In this document: positions 13,831 through 26,500 of the stretch, in pieces
Position numbering within the stretch: the stretch's first letter is position 1
Layout of the letters: each line of letters starts with the position of its first letter
Assembly: GCA_035221665.1 (NCBI GenBank)
Contig: CM069154.1
Location: forward strand, 27,590,001-27,654,000
From: Okamejei kenojei
Lineage: Eukaryota
DNA: 64,000 nucleotides
Reading direction: 5' to 3'
Program-made: the position numbers and the translations under genes
The notes under the pieces: generated by a model
What the model saw: the letters and a program-made list of their open reading frames with translations, nothing else
The model's database searches: none
What the model was told of the DNA's origin: nothing

Positions 13831-16349
13831 AGTGTAAATCATTCTAGAGGAGCTGCAGGTATTTGTGGAAAAATATTACCAATCACCAAGATAGAGAAGT
13901 TCAATTCACAAAGGGATTTGAAATTTAACGTGTAAAATATACGTACTGATACATGGGAAGCAATTAACAACATCGTTCTCCATCATGCACTTCAAGAACA
14001 TGGTAAAGTACAATGTAGAAACAAAGAACTGCAGATGCTCATTTATACTAAAGATAGACACAACATTCTGGAGTAACTCAGTGGGTTAGGCAGCATCACT
14101 GGAGGAAAAGGAGATGCAACGTTTCGGGATGGGACCCTTCTTCAGCCTCAGAAAAGTACAGTACAGGAACAGTCCCTTCAGTCTACAATGTCTGCGCCAA
14201 ACATAATGTCAAGATGAACTAATCCCATCTGCCTGCACATAATCCAGATGCCTCCATTCCCTGCATATCCATGTGCCTATCTAAAACCCTCTTGTACACC
14301 AATATATTGTATCCACCTCCACCATCACCCGAGGCAAGGCATTCCAGGCATCCACCACCACTTGCTGTGTTAAAAAAATCCCGCCTTGGACATCTCTGTT
14401 AAACTCGCAGCTTAAAGCTATGCCTTTAGTCTTTATGATTTCCACCCTAGGAGAAAAGGTTCTGACTGCCTAGCCTATCCATTCCTCTCATGATTTTACA
14501 TGCTTCTATCTGGGCTCCATTCAATTTTGCTTGTAATGTAGATCTCCAAGTCCTGAGGGGATATACTTCACTCCATACCTACATCCTCTTCGCAGTCGTC
14601 CCCCCACCCACCCCCACATCACATCCCCAGATAGAAGGTTTAGTTTAGTTTAAAGATATATTTTGGAAACAGACTATTTGTTCCATCGAGTTCACGGTGA
14701 GCATTAATCGAACTAGTTCTATGCTATCCAATTTATCATCCACTCTCTGCACATTGGGGGCAATTTACAGAGGCCAATAAACTTACAAGCCCAAACTTCT
14801 TAGGGATTTGGGAGGAAACCGGAGCACACAGAAGAAGCTCACACAATCACTGGGAAAATGTGTAAACTCCTTTCAGAGGCACCTGAAGTCGGGATCGCAC
14901 CCAAATCTCAGGCGCTGCGAGGCAGCAGTTCTAAGGTGTTCAAATCATGCTGCAGTTTCTGCCATCTATGGACATGTCCGCTACTTAGGCATTTAATTGC
15001 CTACCTATAAATTTGGCAAATTTGGCAAGTGGCTTCAGTGGAATCCTTTTATCACGGCTAAACATTGCAAAGAAACATGTGCCAGAAAAGTCAAAGATAA
15101 AGAAGAGAAGGGTGTGGTTTGCGGATGGGTAGAAATTATAAACCAGGATAAATAAGACACATAGATGCAACAAACAACAGAAACCTGATGAAAATAAGAA
15201 TGAAAAGTTATAACATGCATATTCACATTAAGTACCGTAACAATTCTCTCAAGAACTTGGAACAGGTAACAACCGTATCTTTTAGAGAGGGACTCTATCC
15301 GTGAAAGATTTATAACTCATGTGGAAACTAAACCATCAGTCAAAGACACACTAGCAACTCCAGCTGTCAAAGGAATATTTAAGCATGAAATTCTCCAGAG
15401 TGTTGACAGTAAATCCAAAGGAGGTCAGTGATAAATTCTTCAATTTTATGTTAAATTGAAATTTATTTCACATGATATGATCCAAAATATCTAGACTGAA
15501 GTAATTTTGTTTAACAATGGATATTGCATACTACATTAGAGACACCATCTGTGAAATATCGTTCGTCCAACCTTAAAGGAGACTTCCAATATTCAATCCA
15601 ACTTCTTGCTTCTACTTTTTAATTAGACATTTAGAAATTGCAATTTCTGTTGTTTTATTCAAATTAGATCAAGTGGCGTTTAAGAAGCTTTTAGATAGGC
15701 ACCTGGAAGTGCAGAGAATAGAGGGATACGGATCATGTACAGGCGGTTGCGATCAGTTTAACTTAGCATCAATAGAAACAAATAACCGCCGATACTAGTT
15801 TATACCAAAGATAGACACTGAGTGATGGAGTAACTCAACGGGTCAGGCAGCATCTCTGGAGAAAATGTCACCCATCCTTTTTCTCCCGAGATGCTGCCTG
15901 ACCCACTGAGTTACTCCAGTACTAACTTGGCATCATGCTTGGCATGTATTGAGGTCCAAAGGGCCCATTCCATAGTTGTACAGTTTTATGTTCTATCATT
16001 TGATAAACAGTTTAACATTCATCTTTTTCAGCCATAGTCTAGAACATGTGAAAATTAGTTCACCATCAAACTGATAAATACCATTAGAAATAAGCATTCC
16101 AAAACTAGAAGAGATTTGTATAAGATTTTCCTGTTCTGTTGAATTATTTATTTAACCAAAATAACTGCAACACTGAAATACTAATAGACACTTAAATACC
16201 ACACTGGATTGCAGTTTTCCTAATGCAGTAATAAATGTGACATAAAGTTTATAATAAATATATAACAATAACTCATGGCACATTTCCCCCTAAATTCCCA
16301 TAACTTTAACAACTTCTTACAGATATTGTCTGTAGAATTATCAGAGTTA

Positions 16350-16674
16350 GGGCGACACTGTGATACCATGGCATAGTGGTAGAGTTGCTGCTTTACAGCA
16401 CCAGCGATCACAGTTCAATCCTGACTATTAGTGCTGTCTGTACAGAGTTTGCACGTTTCCCCTTGTGACCACGTAGGTTTTCCCTGTGTGCTCCAGTTTC
16501 CTCCCACACTTCAAAGACGTACAGGTTTGTAGGTTAATTGGCTTCGGTAAAATTTGTAAATTGTCCCTAGTGTGTAGGATCGTGCTAGTGTGTGGGGTGG
16601 TCATTGGTCAGCATGGACTCTGTGGGCCGAAGGGCCTGTTTCTGTACTGTATCTCTAAAGTTTAAAGTCTAAAG
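16350..16674 (+). mobile_element. HE1/V-SINE-like copy
   Basis: Head, core and CTAAAG-type tail. Confidence 0.8.
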
Positions 16675-17258
16675 TTACTCTACAAGACAAATGTTGAAGA
16701 GAATACTTAATACTGTCACCCAAATTGCAGATCAATGTATCATCCTGTCAAAAGTCCCTAACAAATAGTGTTGACAATCTGCTTACACACCTCACTATCA
16801 CATTATGTTGCTTTGCATTGAATTAGGTGACTGATATGAAGAATATACAGAGTACAATATGTAATTTGAGAGATGAAATATTGCCATCAGTTTTTGCCAT
16901 TATTCTAATCTCTCAGGCTTTTCAACCCCTTTGGGGTTACTTGAGCATAAAAATAATAACAAAACAATTTGCTATGAATGCTTATATTAACGGAGCATCA
17001 AAGATACTTACTGAGACAGCTTGGTAACTATGTTAAGCCATATTGCTTTTCTGATGGTGAGACTTCTTTCGGGTGAATACTATCACCACGTTAATTTGTT
17101 GAGTCTGTAATAGCACCACTTTATTTCCAGTACATTTATGAGAGAGCTGCGAACTATAATAGTCAAACAATATTTGTCTGTTAATGGACTGTAAATGCTT
17201 GGCAGTAGGGCCTGTTGTTAGGGTGTGGCATCTCTCCAGTATTGGACTGCGCAATCTC

Positions 17259-17594
17259 TTTTAGTTTTAGATTAGATTTAGTTTTAGATTTAGATTTATA
17301 TTAGATTTAGTTTTAGAGACGCAGCGGGTGGAAAAAGCCCTATGGCCCATCAAGTCCGCACTGACCAACAATCACCCATACACTAGTTCTAACCTACACA
17401 ATAGGGACAATTTACAGAAGGCAATTAGCCTACACATTCTTTGGAATGTGGGGGGAAACCAGAGCACCTGGAGAAAACCCACACCGTCAGAGGGAGAACG
17501 TACAAACTCCGTACAAACAGCATCCATGGTCAGGGTCAGACACGGGTCGCTGTCGTTGTAAGGCAGCAACTCTACCGCTGCACCACTGTGCCGC
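17259..17594 (-). mobile_element. HE1/V-SINE-like copy
   Basis: Reverse-complement head ends at ...CACCACTGTGCCGC; (TTTAG)n-like tail at 17259-17315. Confidence 0.8.
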
Positions 17595-17989
17595 ATCTAT
17601 ATAATTAAGAGTCTCATCTTGACCACTTCCTGTCTGCACTGTATATTGATTTTACAAAAAATGCTACCTTATATCGCCATGATTTTTGGCCATCTTATTC
17701 ACAGTCCTCCTCTGCTGAGCAGGCCCCGAGGATTTTTCCCATAGATGAAAAATACAAAAGTTATGAGTGTTTAAAAAACCTTGAGATCCTCTCACCTGTC
17801 AATCACTGAGATGAAGGTAACGCCCCTTCCAGGGGGGGCGGGTGGGTGGGGCAGGTCCATAAAACCCTGGATGCCTGGACATGACTCAGTCACTCTGCAA
17901 GATCATGAGGGAGAGGCCACGACTCTCATTCTAAGCTGTGAATCAACTGAACTGTGAGTCTGCAATGTACTTGCAATAAATTATTTGTT

Positions 17990-19150
17990 CGCCCTTAATG
18001 AAAATGAAATGAGTTGTTTGGCCTGCCCTGTGTTTGAAACTGCAATGGAAATGAAATGAAAATGCAATGAGCTGTTTGGCATGCCCTGTGCTTGAAACTG
18101 CCATGGCAATGAAAATTAAATGACAATTAAATGAGCTGTTTGGCCTGCCCTGTGCTTGAAACTGCAATGGCAATGGAAATTAAATTAAAATGCAATGAGC
18201 TTTTTGGCCTGGCTTGCCCTGTGCTTGAAACTGCAATGGGCATGGAAATGGAATGAAAATGCAATTAGCTGTTTTGCCTGTCCTGCCCTATGCTTGAAAC
18301 TGCAATGGCAATGGAAATGAAATTAAAATGCAAATTAGCTGTTTGGCTTGGACTGCCCTATGCTTGAAAATGCAATGGCAATGGAAATGAAATGAAAATG
18401 CAATAAGCTGTTTGGCTTGGCCTGCCCAGTGCTTGAAACTGCAATGGCTTTGGATATGAAATAAAAATGCAATCAGTTGTTTGGCTTGGCCTGCCCTGTG
18501 TTTGAAACTGCAATGTAATGGAAATGAAATGAAAATGCAACACGCTCTTTGGCTTGGCCTGCCCTGTGCTTGAAACTGTAATGGCAATGGAAATGAAATG
18601 AAAATGCGATGAACTATTTGGCTTGGCGTGCCCTGCGTTTGAAACTGCAATGGCAATGGAAATGAAATGAAAATGCAATCAGCTGTTTGGCTATGCCTGC
18701 CCTGTGCTTGAAACTGGAATGGCAATGGAAATGAAATGAAAGTGCAATCAGCTGTTTGGCCTACCCTGTGTTTGAAACTGCAATGGCAATGGAAGTGAAA
18801 TGAAAATGCAATGAGCTGTTTGGCCTGCCCTGTGCTTATAACTGCAATGGCAATGGAAGTGAAATGAAAATGCAATGAGCTGTTTGACCTGCCCTATGCT
18901 TGAAACTGCAATGGCAATGGAAGTGAAATGAAAATGTAATGAGCTGTTTGACCTGCCCTGTGCTTGAAACGGCAATGGCAGTAGAAGTGAAATGAAAATG
19001 CAATGAGCTGTTTGGCTTGGCCTGCCCTGTACTTGAAACTGCAATGGCAATGGAAATGAATAGAAAATGCAATGAGCTGTTTGGCCTGCTCTGTGCTTGA
19101 AATTGAAATTGAAATGAAATGAAAAGAGTTGTTTAGCCTGCTTGAAACCA
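17990..19150. repeat. ~60-65-bp minisatellite inside Helitron copy 2
   Basis: About 18 copies of GCTGTTTGGC(TTGGC)CTGCCCTGTGCTTGAAACTGCAATGGCAATGGAAATGAAATGAAAATGCAATGA. Confidence 0.95.
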
Positions 19151-19560
19151 CTAATTTTGGCACACAAGGCCCGTATTAGCTGAGAAACCAGTCCCCTTTG
19201 CCCCAAATGCCCGTATTAACCCAGGAGGAGCATTTTGACCCAAAAGGCCTGTGCCAGGCCAGGAAAAGTCCAGAAAATGTGCCTTTCACTGAGATTTCAC
19301 TTTTTTTTTAAAGAGCCCCTTTGGCCCATCAGGCCTGTACTAGCACAGGATGAGTCCCTTCAGCCCATCAGTAAGTATTCCCCCTGAAAATATTAAACCT
19401 CACCCCAGTATTTTTCTCCCTCCCTGGCCAGGATAGACTTTCCTCCTTCATTGCTGTGATCTGCAGAAAAAGATGAAAATGTCTATAATTGATTCTCCAC
19501 CCTCTCCCCCTTCTCTCTCACAGAGTCTCTCACTTGTTTTGGGCCGAATTTCTGGCAGTT

Positions 19561-19787
19561 TCTGAGCTGCCACCCACCAGGCCTGAGTCACTGAGCTACC
19601 AGCCCACCAGGCCTGAGTGACTGAGCTGCCAGCCCACCAGGCCTGAGTTACTGAGCTGCCAGCCCACCAGGTCTGAGTGACTGAGCTACCAGCCCACCAG
19701 GCCTGAGTGACTGAGCTGCCAGCCCATCAGACCTGAGTGACTGAGCTGCCAGCCCACCAGGCCTGAGCAACTGAGCTGCCAGCCCAA
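19561..19787. repeat. 30-bp minisatellite inside Helitron copy 2
   Basis: About 7 copies of the same 30-mer as 9105-9420. Confidence 0.95.
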
Positions 19788-20636
19788 GAATCCATTTGGC
19801 CCACAATGTCCATACTAGCCCTCTGGAAACCAGTCCCTTCGACCCACAACACCCATTCCAGCAATCCAGAAAGCTCCCCTCCCCCACTGGCCACTAATAT
19901 TGGAATTTGTGGAGATGTGGAATATTGCGTTGGGGGACTAGCCCTCCCGTGTGAACACTTAGTCTATTAAGTAATTATAGGAATAATGGGGCAAATCGTT
20001 TCCCACATATAAGTATATCCAGTCCTAGCACCTTATCTAAGCCAATGAGACAGATTAAACCAAACCAAATAAGGAAGTTAGAGTCAAAGTGCTTTTGCCT
20101 ACATTTGATCTATGGCCCTCTAAACCTTTCCTATTCATATATCTGTTCAAATGTCTTTTAAAAGTCATGATTGTAACTAACTTCCTCCACATCATATTCT
20201 AGAGATCACGGACTACACTCTGAGTGAAAAGGTTGCCCCTGAGGTCCCTCAGAAATCCTTCGCCCCTCACTTTAAAACCACTTCCATGAGTTTTAGAACT
20301 TGCTACACTGGGGAATAGTCTGCAAACGCTCTCTTTGTCCATTTGAATCATCAGCAATGAATCCGGACAGACATGTTAATGCGGTCTGGAAGCCTCAGCT
20401 TAACATGCAGCCGATGAGTAGTGTGAACTAGTGCAAAGAGGCAGCTGATTAGTTGACAGTGCAATAAATCATGCATTTCCTATTGAAAACTAATTAACAG
20501 CTAAGTTCGATGTTGGCAGTCAGCCAAAGTGAAGGAACCAAAATGAGGATACCAGGATTTTAAAATAAATTGGATAGATTGCCACCATTATTCCCAATCT
20601 GAATAGAAAATCTTGGATATATTCCCAATCAATTAG

Positions 20637-20928
20637 TGCGGCACGGTGGCGCAGCGGTAGAGTTGCTGCCTTAAGACACCAAACACCCGTGTTCCATCCT
20701 GAATATGTGTGCTGACTGTACGGAGTTTGTACGTTCTCCCTGTGACCGAGTGGGTTTTCTCCCGGAGCTCCACTTTCCTCCCACTCTCCAAAGACGAACG
20801 GGTTTGTAGGTTAAATGGCTTGTTAATTGTAAATGGTCCCGTGCGTGTGTAGGATAGTGTTAATGTGCTGGGATTGCTGCTCGGCGCGGACTTGGTGGGC
20901 TGAAGGGCCTGTTTCCATGCTGAATCTC
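20637..20928 (+). mobile_element. HE1/V-SINE-like copy
   Basis: GCGGCACGGTGGCGCAGCGGTAGAG head plus core; tail-to-tail with a minus-strand copy that is split by the Tc1. Confidence 0.8.
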
Positions 20929-21021
20929 GAAATGGAGATTAGAGATACAGTGTGGAAACAAGCCCTTCGGCCCACCAAATCCATGCCGACCAACATTCAC
21001 CCATACACTAGTTTTATCCTA

Positions 21022-22647
21022 CAGTGGCTTGCAAAAGTTTTCATACCCCTTGAACTTTTCCACATTTTGTCACGTTACAACCACAAACGTAAATGTATTT
21101 TATTGGGATTTTATGTGATAGACCAACACAAAGTGGCAAATAATTGTGAAGTGGAAGGAAAATGATACATGGTTTTCAAATTCTTTTACAAATAAAAAAC
21201 TGAAAAGTGTGGCGTGCAAAAGTATTCAGCCCCCTTTACTCTGATACCCCTAAATAAAGTCCAGTGCAACAAATTGCCTTCAGAAGTCACCTAGTTAGTA
21301 AATAGAGTTCACTTGTGTGTAATCTAATCTCAGTATAAATACAGCTGTTCTGTGAAGGCCTCAGAGGTTTGTTAGAGAACATTCGTGAACAAACAGCATC
21401 ATGAAGCCCAAGGAACACCAGACAGGTCAGGGATAAAGTTGTGGAGAAGTTTAAAGCAGGGTTAGGTTATAAAAAAAATATCCCAAGCCTTGAACATCTC
21501 ACGGAGCACTGTTCAATCCATCATCCGAAAATGGAAAGATTATGGCACAACTACCTACCTATGTAAACCAACCAAGACATGGCCGTCCACCTAAACTGAC
21601 AAGCCGGGCAAGGAGAGCATTGATCAGAGAAGCAGCCAAGAGGCCCATGGTAACTGTGGAGGAGCTGCAGAGATCCACAGCTCAGGTGGGAGAATCTGTC
21701 CACAGGACAACTGTTAGTTGTGCACTCCACAAATCGGGCCTTTATGGAAGAGTGGCAAGAAGAAAGCCATGTTTGAAACAAAGCCATAAGAAGTCCCGTT
21801 TGCAGTTTGGCACAAGCCATGTGGGGGACACAGCAAACATGTGGAGGAAGGTGTTCTGGTGTGATGAGACCAAAATTGAAGTTTTTGGCCTAAATTCAAA
21901 ATGCTATGTGTGGCGGAAAACTAACACTGCACATCACCCTGAACACACCATCCCCACTGTGAAACATGGTGGTGGCAGCATCATGCTGTGGGGATGCTTT
22001 TCTTTAGTAGGGACAGGGAAGCTGGTCAGAGTTGATGGGAAGATGGATGGAGCCAAATACAGGGCAATCTTGGAAGAAAACCTGTTAGAGTCTGCAAAAG
22101 ACTTGAAACTGGGGCAGAGGTTCATCTTACAGCAGGACAACGACCCTCAACGTACAGCCAGAGCTACAATGGAATAGTTTAGATCAAAGCATATTCATGT
22201 GTTAGAATGGCCCAGTCAAAGTCCAGACCTAAATCCAATTGAGAATCTCTGGCAAGACTTGAAAATTGCTGTTCACAGACGCTCTCCATCCAATCTGACT
22301 GGGCTTCAGCTATTTTGCAAAGAAGAATGGGCAAAAATGTCAGTCTCTAAATGTGCAAAGCTGGTAGAGACATACTCTAAAAGACTTACAGCTGTAATTG
22401 TAGCAAAAGATGGTTCTACAAAGTATTGACTCAGGGGGGCAGAATACTTTTGCACGCCGCACTTTTCAGTTTTTTATTTGTAATAAGCTTTGGAAACCAT
22501 GTATCATTTTCCTTCCACTTCACAATTATGCACCACTTTGTATTCGTCTATTGCATAAAATCCCAATAAAATACATTTACGTTTGTGGTTGCAACGTGAC
22601 AAAATGTGGAAAAGATCAAAGGGTATGAAAACTTTTGCAAGCCACTG
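21022..22647 (+). mobile_element. Tc1-family DNA transposon, full length, inactivated transposase
   Basis: TA|CAGTGGCTTGCAAAAGT...ACTTTTGCAAGCCACTG|TA; ~210-bp IRs. Transposase runs from ATGAAGCCCAAG (21401) to ~22429 with DETK, QQDND and SPDLNPIE motifs (DD34E type), frameshifts and a TAG at 22175-22177. Confidence 0.95.
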
Positions 22648-23507
22648 TACACACGAGGGACAATTTACAGAAGCTAATTAATCTGCAAACCTGCATGTCT
22701 TTGGAATGTGGGATGAAACCAGAGCACCCAGAGAAAACCCACATGGCCATAAGGGTTGCAAATCATATTTATATTGTTTGATTATATTTTTCCTCATTGT
22801 GTTTTACTGCAGAGATATTATTGATCCCTTAATCACACTCTGTTATAGGTTAAGATATGAGTTCTGTTTATAATAGTTTGCTTTCTATTGGTATCAGAAC
22901 TGGCTGCTTCGGCCTGTCATCATTTTGGTATGGTTTATATTTTACTGCTAATACAATCTGGATCGCTGCGCCACAGCCTTCATATTAACAGCACCTTGCA
23001 CTGACAAAGACGCATAATGTGCTACTCCATCTGCACCATTAACCTATTTGATCTCTTATCAGAGATATTTCCTATGTTTTATCTATCTTCCTTCGTTACC
23101 TCTGCCACCGAAAACAAACTTGTTTTCTCTCACTCCCAAATCTGCCCAATAGCCCCAGATTTGAAACATTGACTGTCTCCCTTTCTGCAGATGCTGCCTG
23201 AGTATTTGGGCAACGTAAAATGTACTGGAGGAATTCAGTTGTTCAGGCAGCATCATAAACTAAACCATGCAATTAGATAGCATTACGGGTTCGGACCCTT
23301 GAAGCCACACGGATATGCAGGGAATAGAGGGATTATGTGCACGCAGATTAAAGTACACCACCTCCAAACCATCCTGATTTGGTAATATATTGCCGTTCCT
23401 TCACTGTTGCTGGGTCAAAATCTTCAAATTCCTCAATAATAGTGTTGTGAATATACCACATCTCAGCACCTACAGTAGCAGAAGACAGCAACTCATCAGC
23501 ATGACCT

Positions 23508-23578
23508 GGGGATGTAGTCAGTGGTTGAGTGCATGCTTTTCCTGTATGAGGCCTCAGGTTCAATCCCCAGCATCTCCA
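23508..23578 (+). pseudogene. tRNA-Ala-derived pseudogene (anticodon drifted TGC->TTC)
   Basis: GGGGATGTAG-TCAGTGGTTGAGTGCATGCTTTTCCTGTATGAGGCCTCAGGTTCAATCCCCAGCATCTCCA aligns end to end with vertebrate tRNA-Ala GGGGATGTAGCTCAGTGGTAGAGCGCATGCTTTGCATGTATGAGG...CATCTCCA. It has a D-stem deletion and T-stem mismatches. Confidence 0.85.
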
Positions 23579-26500
23579 CTCTTAGAAGAGTGGCATGGCA
23601 GCGCAGTAGTCGGATTGCTGCCTTCCAGCGCTGGAGACCCAGGTCCGATCCTGACTACGGGTTCTGTCTGTACAGAGTTTATACATTCACCCCTTAACCA
23701 TGTGGGTTTTCTCTGGGTGCTCTGGTTTCAAGTTCAAGTTTATTCGGCACATACACGTACGAGATGTGCATTGTGGTATCTCTGGAAAAGCTCAGTACTT
23801 CCGTTGTGTTGGACAAATACAGTCTGCTAACAACATTGTATATCTGGAATGTAAAGAATGTGCTATTGTGAGACAACAAATCAAGGATACATAAACTACA
23901 TTTTGTTCCAAATTCATATAAATGTCACCATATTTCAGTAACATCAAATATTCCCATATTTTGTGGCTCCCTGTATCCCTGCGACATGTTTCACTGCTCA
24001 GATTTCAGAGCAAAATGCTTGCAGAAAATTAAAAATCCAACCTTGATTAGAATGACATAGCAAATTCATCACTTAGTTCCAAGGAATGAAGATTGGTGCA
24101 ACGGGAGAAAAAGTGGCCATTTAAATTGTGATTGTGATTGACTTATTTTTCTCAGGTTTCCAGATTGTTTTTTTTTGTGAAGGCCACCAACATTGGAGAA
24201 TGTGATGTACAAATGCCCTCTAGTTTAGTTGTGCTGAAAATAAGAAGCACCACATAAGTAACCGCAAATTGAAACAATCACTGATTGAAATTCAAATAGG
24301 TCAAACTTTGACAAGTTTATTTATATGCTTCTCTTGATCCTCCTCAAATGATTCCAGTGATGATGACATGAACTAGAGGTATGTCCTGTGTGGTGTAAGG
24401 TGAGAGAGAAAAGATTTAATAGGGACCCGAGGGATAACTTTTTCACACAGAGAGTGGTGGGTATATGGAATGAGCTGCCCGAGGGGTTAGATGAGGCGGG
24501 TAGAGTAGCAACGTTAAAAAGACACTTGGATAGGCACATGGATAGGAAAGGTTGAAAGGCATATTGGCCAGATGCAGGCAAATGGGATGAGCTTAGATGG
24601 GATATCATGGTCGACTTGAACGATTTGGGCCAAAGGGCCTGTTTCTGTCTTGTTCATAAGTTCATAAGTTCCAGGAGCAGAATTAGGCAATTTGGCTCAT
24701 CATGTCCACTCCACCCATTCAATCACGGCTGATCTTTCCTTCCCTCTCAACCCCATTTCCTGCCTAGTCCCCATGATCCTATAATTCACTTTTCAATCAA
24801 ATTTTTCCCTGGTTTTATGGCTTGAACAGGAATTCATCATTGTTTTCTCAACAAAGTAAAAATAATGGGTTCAGTGTTAGATATGTGCAGGTTAGATAAT
24901 GGTAAGGGATTCAATAATATTGGTGTCTAATATTTAAACATAATTGCTATTCCCATTCACTTCCCAATTAACCAAGAATTCCAAGTATTCCTAATACAGG
25001 CAAATTGCAGTTGAACTATATAATTTTCACAATGGTTTTCTATGTCATATTGCAGCTGAATTTGTTCATTGTTACATTCTAGAAAGTCATAATGATAGAA
25101 GGTTTATCAAAATCAGTCCATTTGAGTTCTTATCATGAGAATATCATTGAATAAAACACAAAGCATTGGAGGAACTCAGCAGGTTAAGCAGCATCAGTGG
25201 AGGGAATGAATAGACAATGTTGTGTAGGAAGGAACAGCAATTGCTGATGTAAACCGAAGATAGACACAAAAAGCTGGAGAAACTCCACGGGTCAGACAGA
25301 AGAAGGGTCTTAACCCAAAATGTCACCTATTCCTTTTCTCCAGTGATGCTGCCTGACCCGCTGAGTGACTCCAGCTTTTTGTGTCTACCTTCGGAATAGA
25401 TAATGTTTCTTGTCGGGACATTTCTTTAGACTAAAATAAGTCAGATAACTTCAGATTGATATGATAACTTGAATGAATAAAAGTTAAATATGTTGAACTG
25501 TGATTTGAGGAGCAGAGAACAACCTGGCTTGAGATGAGACATCAACTTCAGATATACCTGATGTAGTAAACCTGCTAAACTTTAAACAAATCAAATTAAA
25601 GGCATTGGGATCAAAAAAGTGAAGGTGATGGAAAAGTAACAGAAAGAAAAACAGAAAACATAAGCAAAATAAAATGGAAAAGCAGAATTAATGATTCAGT
25701 TTGGAGATGTCTAGGGCTGTCATTCTGAAACATTAACTCTGCTTTTCTGTGCACAGATGCTGCCTGACCTGCTTGGTGTTTCCAAAATTAAAGGCATGCC
25801 TGAAATAACAGTGCAATATTTATCTAACCAACATAGAAAGAATTGTGGATAAAACAAATCTAACACTCTATCTGCAGCTCCGACCTATTGTAATGGTGGT
25901 AGGCATATAAAACTTAAAAGTTTAACAATGGGCTTCTGGTTTCAAGTTTGGTCTAGTTCTGTTTTAGATGTCATTTGTGGGACATTGACTGAAAATCCAC
26001 AAGAGATACTGTGTTTCTACACCTATGAAGCTAGATTTACGTCATTGGATTCCAAGGTTGGGGGTGTGAAGGTTACAAACAATTTCTACAGCCACACATA
26101 GTCTGATAGTAAATGAGTGAATAAGAAGCGCACTAATTAGGAAAGCAACATCTTTGTAGAATTTGGCTTTATCCTCATGTTCCCTGCCTCTATGAAATTT
26201 TGTATATGTAACAGTAAACCCTCTGTTCAACTTTGGCCACTGTCTCGCCAGATATGTTACCTTCCTTTCCAGGCACTGGCACTTCAGGTGGTCTCTCCTA
26301 AGCTTTCAATAGCCTTCTCACTTCACACACCTATCTTTATAAGCCTTCGAAGATGGCCTGGTGCATTGTGTCTCTTGTTAGTCAGCAATACTCGTTTAGA
26401 TTTATGTAAATTGTAAGCCAGATGCCTGGATGACATTTTGTTTTTACTTCTGAATTATGTCACAAAATACTTAAAGAAGGCAGAATTCTGAACTGGTAAA

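Larger units (their letters stand above)
17596..19967 (+). mobile_element. Non-autonomous Helitron-like element, copy 2
   Basis: 5' end A|TCTATATAATTAAGAGTCTCATCTTGAC; 3' end ACTTAGTCTAT|T (a CTAG-like terminus with one change); no TIR or TSD; homologous to 8519-9599. Confidence 0.7.

Noticed and set aside
18288-19206. Long His/Phe/Cys-rich ORFs
   Set aside because: Translations of the 60-65-bp minisatellite; unit-length variation shifts frames freely.
21542-22429. Active transposase gene
   Set aside because: All three Tc1 copies have stops, frameshifts or deletions.
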